From contig NZ_CP134949.1 in assembly GCF_032116555.1 (NCBI RefSeq), positions 2,418,001 to 2,482,000 of the forward strand: 64,000 bases of DNA. The letters are read 5' to 3'. This DNA is from Halorarum halobium. GTDB lineage: Archaea > Halobacteriota > Halobacteria > Halobacteriales > Haloferacaceae. The translations under genes were made by a program, and so were the position numbers. Below are positions 58,654 through 64,000 of the stretch, piece after piece. The notes below the pieces were generated by a model. It searched no databases. It was not told the DNA's origin and saw nothing but the letters and a program-made list of their open reading frames with translations. The stretch's first letter is position 1. Each line of letters starts with the position of its first letter.

Positions 58654-59418
58654 ATGAGCTACGAAGCGAAAAACCCGGTGCAAGCCACCCAACGCTCATT
58701 CGACATCATCGAAGCGCTTCGTGCGGAGAACGGGGCACGCCTCACGACCATCGCGGCGTCTCTGGATCTGCCGAACAGCACGGTTCACAACCACCTGAGC
58801 ACGCTCATGGAGCGCGAGTACGTGGTCAAGGAGGACGACGTCTACCGGCTCAGTCTCCGGTTTCTGGAGCTCGGAGAGCACACCAGGAGCCTGCGGAAGA
58901 TTCACCGCGTCGCGAAACCGGAACTCGAGGAACTGGCCGCCGAGACCGGCGAGGTGGCGAGCATGATGATCGAGGAGAACGGGCTGGGCGTGTTCCTCTT
59001 TTCCGCCCAGGGGGACGACGCGGTTCCGGTCGAAACGTCCGCGGGAACGCACGTGTCCCTCCACGAGACCGGGCTCGGCAAGGCCATCCTCGCGAACGTC
59101 TCGACCGAACGAGTCGACGAGATCATCGACCGGCACGGGATGGCCGGGAGGACGACCCGGACCGTCGTCGATCCGGCGGCGTTACACGAACAGCTCGCCG
59201 AGGTGCGCGAGACCGGAATCGCGCTCGGCGACGCCGAGCGGATCGAGGGGATCAGATCGGTCGGCGCCCCCGTGAAGGACGAGAACGGCCGCGTGCTCGG
59301 GGCGATCGGCGTCTTCGGCCCGGCCGGGCGGCTCTCCGACGACAGGATCGACGGACCGCTCGGCGACGCCCTGGAGAACACGAGCAACATCGTCGAACTC
59401 AAGTTCACGTACTCGTAG
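58654..59418 (+). CDS. IclR family regulator
   Basis: STVHNHLSTL, YRLSLRFL, TGLGKAILA, IRSVGAPV. Confidence 0.93.
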   Translation: MSYEAKNPVQATQRSFDIIEALRAENGARLTTIAASLDLPNSTVHNHLSTLMEREYVVKEDDVYRLSLRFLELGEHTRSLRKIHRVAKPELEELAAETGEVASMMIEENGLGVFLFSAQGDDAVPVETSAGTHVSLHETGLGKAILANVSTERVDEIIDRHGMAGRTTRTVVDPAALHEQLAEVRETGIALGDAERIEGIRSVGAPVKDENGRVLGAIGVFGPAGRLSDDRIDGPLGDALENTSNIVELKFTYS

Positions 59419-59538
59419 GGACGTCGGGTCGATCACGAGCCGGTTTCAGCGACGTGGAAGCGTCGCCCGTTCGAGCCGTCCGGTTTCAGTGGTGGCCGTG
59501 GGAGAATGATTTTTATACGTCACGCCAGTCGTTGGCCC

Positions 59539-60657
59539 ATGGCAATCGAGCGAGTCGAGGCCGTCCCCGTAGCGGTAGACGTGAAGCCGCTGGAGGAGGA
59601 GTTCGGTCTCGCTCCGTATCGCAGCAATCACGATGCCGTCGAGTCACGTGACCGAATGCTGGTGCGGCTCGAGACGGGCGACGGGCTCGTCGGCTGGGGC
59701 GAGATGCTGGTGGCGATGGAGTCGGCGACGGCGACGAAAACGATCATCGAAGAAGTCATCGCCCCCGAACTCCGCGGGCGGGAGCCGTCGGAGATTCGAT
59801 CGTTCCTGGAGTCGTTCTACTTCCCGTACACCAGGATCCATCCGTATCTCGGCGCCGTCGAGATGGCGATGTGGGACCTCTTTGGGAAGCGAGTCGGCGC
59901 GTCCGTGTCACAGTTGCTCGGCGGCGCGGTCACCGAGTCGGTAAATGTGGCGTACTGTCTCGGCATCCTCGGCCCGGATCGGTCACGCGAACAGGCACGG
60001 TTCGCGCGGGACGCGGGGTTCGAGGCGCTGAAGACCAAGGCGGGTCCCGACGCGGGCTTCGACGTCGAACGGCTCACCGCGATGCACGAGGCCGTCGACG
60101 GGGAGCTCGAGTTCCGGATCGACCCGAACCAGGGGTGGTCGTTCGAGGACGCGGTCCGGTCGGCCGCGCGGCTGGAGGACGCGGGGATCTACCTCCAGTA
60201 TCTGGAACAGCCGTGTCGGATCGACACGCCGGGGACGTACGCGAACCTCCGGTCGCGCATCCGAACCCCGCTCGCGGTCAACGAGGACACGTACTTCGAG
60301 CGGAACTTCGGGCAACTGCTGAAACGGGACGCCGTCGACGTCGGCGTCGTGGACATGATCCCGGCCGGCGGCATCATCAGGGTCCGTGAGCAGGCGGCGC
60401 TGGCGGCCGACGCCGGCGTCTCCCTGTCGTTCCACAGCGGCTTCGACCTCGGGATCAAGACGGCGGCGATGCTCCACACCGTCGCGGCGACGCCGGCGAT
60501 CAGCCTCCCCCCCGACTCGGTCTACTACGCCTGGGACGAGTATCTCGTCGAGGATCCCTTCGAGATCGACGACGGAGCGTACCCGGTCCCCGAGTCACCC
60601 GGCCTCGGCATCTCGGTCGACGAGGACGCGGTCCAGGCCCACCGGACCGACACATGA
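59539..60657 (+). CDS. Enolase-superfamily (mandelate racemase/acid-sugar dehydratase-like) enzyme
   Basis: GLVGWGE, EMAMWDL, KTK, IDPNQ, LEQP, VNE, VVDM, FHS, PGLG. Confidence 0.9.
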   Translation: MAIERVEAVPVAVDVKPLEEEFGLAPYRSNHDAVESRDRMLVRLETGDGLVGWGEMLVAMESATATKTIIEEVIAPELRGREPSEIRSFLESFYFPYTRIHPYLGAVEMAMWDLFGKRVGASVSQLLGGAVTESVNVAYCLGILGPDRSREQARFARDAGFEALKTKAGPDAGFDVERLTAMHEAVDGELEFRIDPNQGWSFEDAVRSAARLEDAGIYLQYLEQPCRIDTPGTYANLRSRIRTPLAVNEDTYFERNFGQLLKRDAVDVGVVDMIPAGGIIRVREQAALAADAGVSLSFHSGFDLGIKTAAMLHTVAATPAISLPPDSVYYAWDEYLVEDPFEIDDGAYPVPESPGLGISVDEDAVQAHRTDT

Positions 60658-61817
60658 CGGGCGTCTGGGCGTATCCCTGGGCGCTGGAGGCGGGCGGACT
60701 CTCGTCCGAACTCGAGTCGATCGCGGCACTCGGCGTCCGGGAGGTCAACGTCGCGACGGCCTACCACTCGATCCGGACGACGCTTCCACGCGGGGAGGAC
60801 GGCCTGTTCGACTCCTATCGCGGCGGGCTGTTCTTCGACCCGGGCGAGTCGATCGAGCGGGCCGCGATCGAACTCCCACGCGCCCGCGCTCCGTGGACGA
60901 GCGACGCGCTCGGCGACGTCGTCTCCGCGGCCGACGAGCACGACCTCGCCGTGAACGCGTGGACGGTCTGCAATCACGGCTCCCGCCTCGGCGAACTGAA
61001 CCCGGAGTACCGCGCCGAGAGCGCCTTCGGCGACGCGCTCGACCACGCGCTCTGTCCGTCCCACCCGGCCGTCCGAACGGCGATGGGGGCGGTCGTCGAA
61101 TCGGCGGCCGACTACGGCGTCGACCGCATCGACCTGGAGTCGATCGGCTTCCCGAGCGCGTTTCACGGACACGGCGCGAACTGGGGCCACGGGAAGGATC
61201 ACGTCATCACCACGCCGCTCCAGAAGCTGCTCGTCTCCCAGTGTTTCTGTGACGCCTGCAGATCGGAGGCGCGGTCGGTCGGGTTCGACGTCGCGGCCGC
61301 GCGGGAGCTCGTGCGGGAGCTCGTCCGCGACTCGCTCGGGGGGCCCCGCGCCGGTCCGGACGGGAGCGTCGAGTCGCTCCGCCGGGCCGAGCCCCTGCTG
61401 GCCGACCTCTTCGAGTTCCGGACCCACGTCATCGAGACGCTCCTCGGCAAACTGGCCGCCGCGTCCGGGGACCGCGAACTGAACTACTACGTCGCCGACG
61501 GGCTCGGGCGCGACGTCTCGGACGTGGCCCCGGCCGGGGTGGACCTGACCCGGTTCGACGCGCATCTCGACTCGGTAACGTCCATCTGTTACACCGACGA
61601 CCCGGCCGTCGCACGCGAACGGTCCGAAGCGCTCGTGGAGACGTTCGACGGCACCGTCCACGCGGGCGTGTCACTGAACCCGGAGTACGTCTCCTCGCGG
61701 GAGGAACTCGGATCGCTGCTCGCGCCCGTTCGTGAGACCATCGACGGGACCGTCAGCATCTACAACCACAGCCTGTGTGGACCGGAGCAACTCGACTGGA
61801 TCGGCTCCGTCGCCTGA
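60654..61817 (+). CDS. Uncharacterised TIM-barrel, glycoside hydrolase-like protein
   Basis: WAYPW, TAYHS, WTVCNH, ALCPSHP, IDLES, CFCDAC; ATGA-coupled to the enolase-family gene. Confidence 0.7.
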   Translation: MTGVWAYPWALEAGGLSSELESIAALGVREVNVATAYHSIRTTLPRGEDGLFDSYRGGLFFDPGESIERAAIELPRARAPWTSDALGDVVSAADEHDLAVNAWTVCNHGSRLGELNPEYRAESAFGDALDHALCPSHPAVRTAMGAVVESAADYGVDRIDLESIGFPSAFHGHGANWGHGKDHVITTPLQKLLVSQCFCDACRSEARSVGFDVAAARELVRELVRDSLGGPRAGPDGSVESLRRAEPLLADLFEFRTHVIETLLGKLAAASGDRELNYYVADGLGRDVSDVAPAGVDLTRFDAHLDSVTSICYTDDPAVARERSEALVETFDGTVHAGVSLNPEYVSSREELGSLLAPVRETIDGTVSIYNHSLCGPEQLDWIGSVA

Positions 61818-61912
61818 ACTGGCGACCCCGAACTCGGGGGGGTTCGAGCGCTCGGACGCCACCCTCGTTGCCACACACAGTTTTATATTAAGGAGCACAG
61901 ACGTGTACTCAC

Positions 61913-63079
61913 ATGGTACGTTTGGGTGTCGAAACCCTCGCCGAGGAGGCCGACGGCCGCGAGTTCGGCGGCCGGATCGGCCTGATCACCAACCCGTCGG
62001 GGGTGACCGGCGACCTGACGCCGACGATCGACCTGCTCCACGCCAGTGATCGGTACGACCTGGAGGTCCTGTTCGCCCCCCAGCACGGACTGCGTGGAAA
62101 CGTTCAGGGGGAGCTCGATCGCTCGCGGTCGGTCGACGAGCGAACCGGCCTGCCCGTCCGGATCCTCTCGGATCAGAGCGAGGCCCGCATCCGCGAGTCC
62201 TTCGCGGACGTCGACGTCCTGATCTACGACATGCAGGACATCGGCTGTCGGTTTTACACGCTCGTGAACACGCTCGCGATCGCGCTCAGGGAGGCTGCGG
62301 CGACCGGGACGCGGCTCGTGATACTCGACCGACCGAACCCGATCGCGCCGGTGGCGCCGGAGGGCAACACCGTCCCCCCGTTCGGGACGCCCTCGCTCGA
62401 CCGGTTCGACCTCCCGATCACACACGGCCTGACGGTGGGGGAACTCGCCCGCTACTTCAACGTCGAGTTCGACGTCGGGGGGGACCTCGAGGTCATCGGA
62501 CTCGACGGCTGGGATCGGGACACGTGGTACGACGAAACCGACCTCCCGTGGGTCCACCCCTCCCCGAACATGCCGACGTTACAGACCGCGCTTCTGTATC
62601 CGGGCACCTGTTTCTTCGAGAGCACGAACCTCTCGGAGGGGCGGGGGACGACCAAGCCCTTCGAACTCGTCGGCGCGCCGTGGATCGACGGCGAGGACTG
62701 GGCGGCCACGCTGAACGACTACGACCTGTCGGGTGTCGCGTTCCGCCCCGCCCACTTCACCCCGATGTTCTCGAAGCACGAACGCAAGGACATCGAGGGC
62801 GTCCAGGTGCACATCCTCGACAGGGACGAACTGGACCCCGTCGCGCTCGGGATCACGATGCTCGTTTCGACGTTCGACAGTCACGAGGAGTCGGAGTGGC
62901 TCCCCTACAACGGGGGGTACTTCGTCGACAGGCTGGCCGGCGGGAGCTATCTCAGGAAGACGATCGACAACTCGGGAGACGGGGTGACTCCCGTCCACCT
63001 CGCGGAGGGGATCCGCGAGTACTGGTCGGACGACCTGGCGGCGTACATGGACGTGTATGACGAGTACCGGCTCTACTGA
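61913..63079 (+). CDS. namZ: Exo-beta-N-acetylmuramidase NamZ (DUF1343) family
   Basis: VRLGVE, GLITNPSG, LFAPQHG, YDMQDIGCRFYT, LDRPNP, HGLTVGELA, PSPNMPT, LSEGRGTTKPFE; no signal peptide. Confidence 0.92.
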   Translation: MVRLGVETLAEEADGREFGGRIGLITNPSGVTGDLTPTIDLLHASDRYDLEVLFAPQHGLRGNVQGELDRSRSVDERTGLPVRILSDQSEARIRESFADVDVLIYDMQDIGCRFYTLVNTLAIALREAAATGTRLVILDRPNPIAPVAPEGNTVPPFGTPSLDRFDLPITHGLTVGELARYFNVEFDVGGDLEVIGLDGWDRDTWYDETDLPWVHPSPNMPTLQTALLYPGTCFFESTNLSEGRGTTKPFELVGAPWIDGEDWAATLNDYDLSGVAFRPAHFTPMFSKHERKDIEGVQVHILDRDELDPVALGITMLVSTFDSHEESEWLPYNGGYFVDRLAGGSYLRKTIDNSGDGVTPVHLAEGIREYWSDDLAAYMDVYDEYRLY

Positions 63080-63168
63080 TCGGGGTCCAGTCTCCCCGAG
63101 CGGCCGGGTGGTCTCCCCAGATATTACCAAACATTTATGATACAGGACTAATACGCCCTATCTGCGCA

Positions 63169-64000
63169 ATGAGAACCAATCGCACGACCACCGGGACGAG
63201 CAGGCGTCGCCTCATTCGATCGGTCGGCGGGGCTGCCGTGGCGACCGCACTCGCCGGGTGTAGCTCCGACTCGGCGGGGACACCGACGACGAGCCCGGAC
63301 GACTCGGACGGGCAGACGAGCCCGTCGACGGACACGCAAGCCCAGGATTCCATCCCGACGGGCGGGACGCTGAACATCGCGACGGCGGGCGATCCACAGA
63401 ACCTCGACCCCCACACCACGACCATCAACGTCGCACAACTGGTGCTGTCGAACGTCGTGGAGGGGCTGTTCGAACTGGACGCCGACATGAACCTCACCGG
63501 CGTGCTGGCGACGGGCTATGAGGTCAGTGACGACAACCGGACGTACACCATCTCGCTCAAGGAGGGCGTCACGTTCCACACCGGGGCCGAGTTCACCTCG
63601 GCGGACGTCAGGTACTCCATCAATCGCATCCTCGACCCCGACGTCGGCTCGCCCCGTGCCGCGAACTTCTCGCTCCTCGAGTCGATCGAGACGCCCGACG
63701 ACTACACGGTCGTCTTCACGCTCTCGGAGCCGTTCGCGCCGTTCATGGTCAGCCTGACGGATACGGCGGCGATCATCCCCGAGGGGTCGGCCGAGGAACG
63801 AAACTTCCAGCAGGAGCCGGTCGGGACCGGCCAGTTCGTGCTCGACAGCTGGTCGACCGACGACAGCGTCGTCCTGCAGCGGTTCGACGACTACCACGTC
63901 GAGGACCAGCCGTACCTGGACACCTGCGAGTTCAACATCATCCCCGAGGCCGCCACGAGACAGACCCAGCTCCAGAGCGGTCCAGCAGAAGTCATGTTCG
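63169..64000 (+). CDS. ABC transporter substrate-binding lipoprotein, family 5 (peptide/Opp-Dpp type), partial
   Basis: Hand translation: SRRRLIR...ALAGC (Tat plus lipobox), LDPH, VVEGL, LKEGVTFH.G..FTSADV, PVGTGQF. Confidence 0.92.
   Translation, partial: MRTNRTTTGTSRRRLIRSVGGAAVATALAGCSSDSAGTPTTSPDDSDGQTSPSTDTQAQDSIPTGGTLNIATAGDPQNLDPHTTTINVAQLVLSNVVEGLFELDADMNLTGVLATGYEVSDDNRTYTISLKEGVTFHTGAEFTSADVRYSINRILDPDVGSPRAANFSLLESIETPDDYTVVFTLSEPFAPFMVSLTDTAAIIPEGSAEERNFQQEPVGTGQFVLDSWSTDDSVVLQRFDDYHVEDQPYLDTCEFNIIPEAATRQTQLQSGPAEVMF

Noticed and set aside
59539..60657. L-Ala-D/L-Glu epimerase (YkfB) call suggested by context
   Set aside because: It lacks the second catalytic Lys and the DxD motif, and has a His/Asp/Asn pattern instead.
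1..64000. CRISPR arrays, rRNA, intact transposases/integrases, and the many long Arg/Pro-rich overlapping ORFs in the track
   Set aside because: No regularly spaced repeats or such genes were seen. The overlapping ORFs are shadow frames expected in high-GC DNA.

Overview
High-GC haloarchaeal (Halobacteria) chromosome segment, judged from the split rpoB''/rpoB' genes, acidic proteins, Tat signals and Bat-type HTH-10 regulators. It has four parts. (1) 1-3113: core rpoH-rpoB''-rpoB' operon plus a divergent tRNA-Asp(GTC). (2) ~3.3-14.1 kb: scattered accessory genes, including Tat-exported hydrolases. (3) ~14.1-52.5 kb: a visibly lower-GC, decaying island of small-molecule detox/efflux modules (SRPBCC, RibD-C, SnoaL, VOC, SDR, ABC-2, ArsP, B3/4). 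It carries many HTH-10/ArsR/TetR/HxlR regulators, TFB and Orc1/Cdc6 relics and many pseudogenes. In it I can read several recurring operator palindromes, a duplicated promoter, short translationally coupled mini-ORFs and an unlisted Cys-Cys micro-protein. (4) ~52.6-64 kb: crcB pair, HerA-like ATPase and a pilin-like gene, then an IclR-associated cluster (SH3b-NlpC/P60 peptidase, SDR, enolase-superfamily enzyme, TIM-barrel protein, NamZ, peptide-type ABC binding lipoprotein). This cluster looks like a system for scavenging bacterial peptidoglycan in an archaeon that makes none, and is the top finding. All calls come from reading motifs by eye; no database searches were run.
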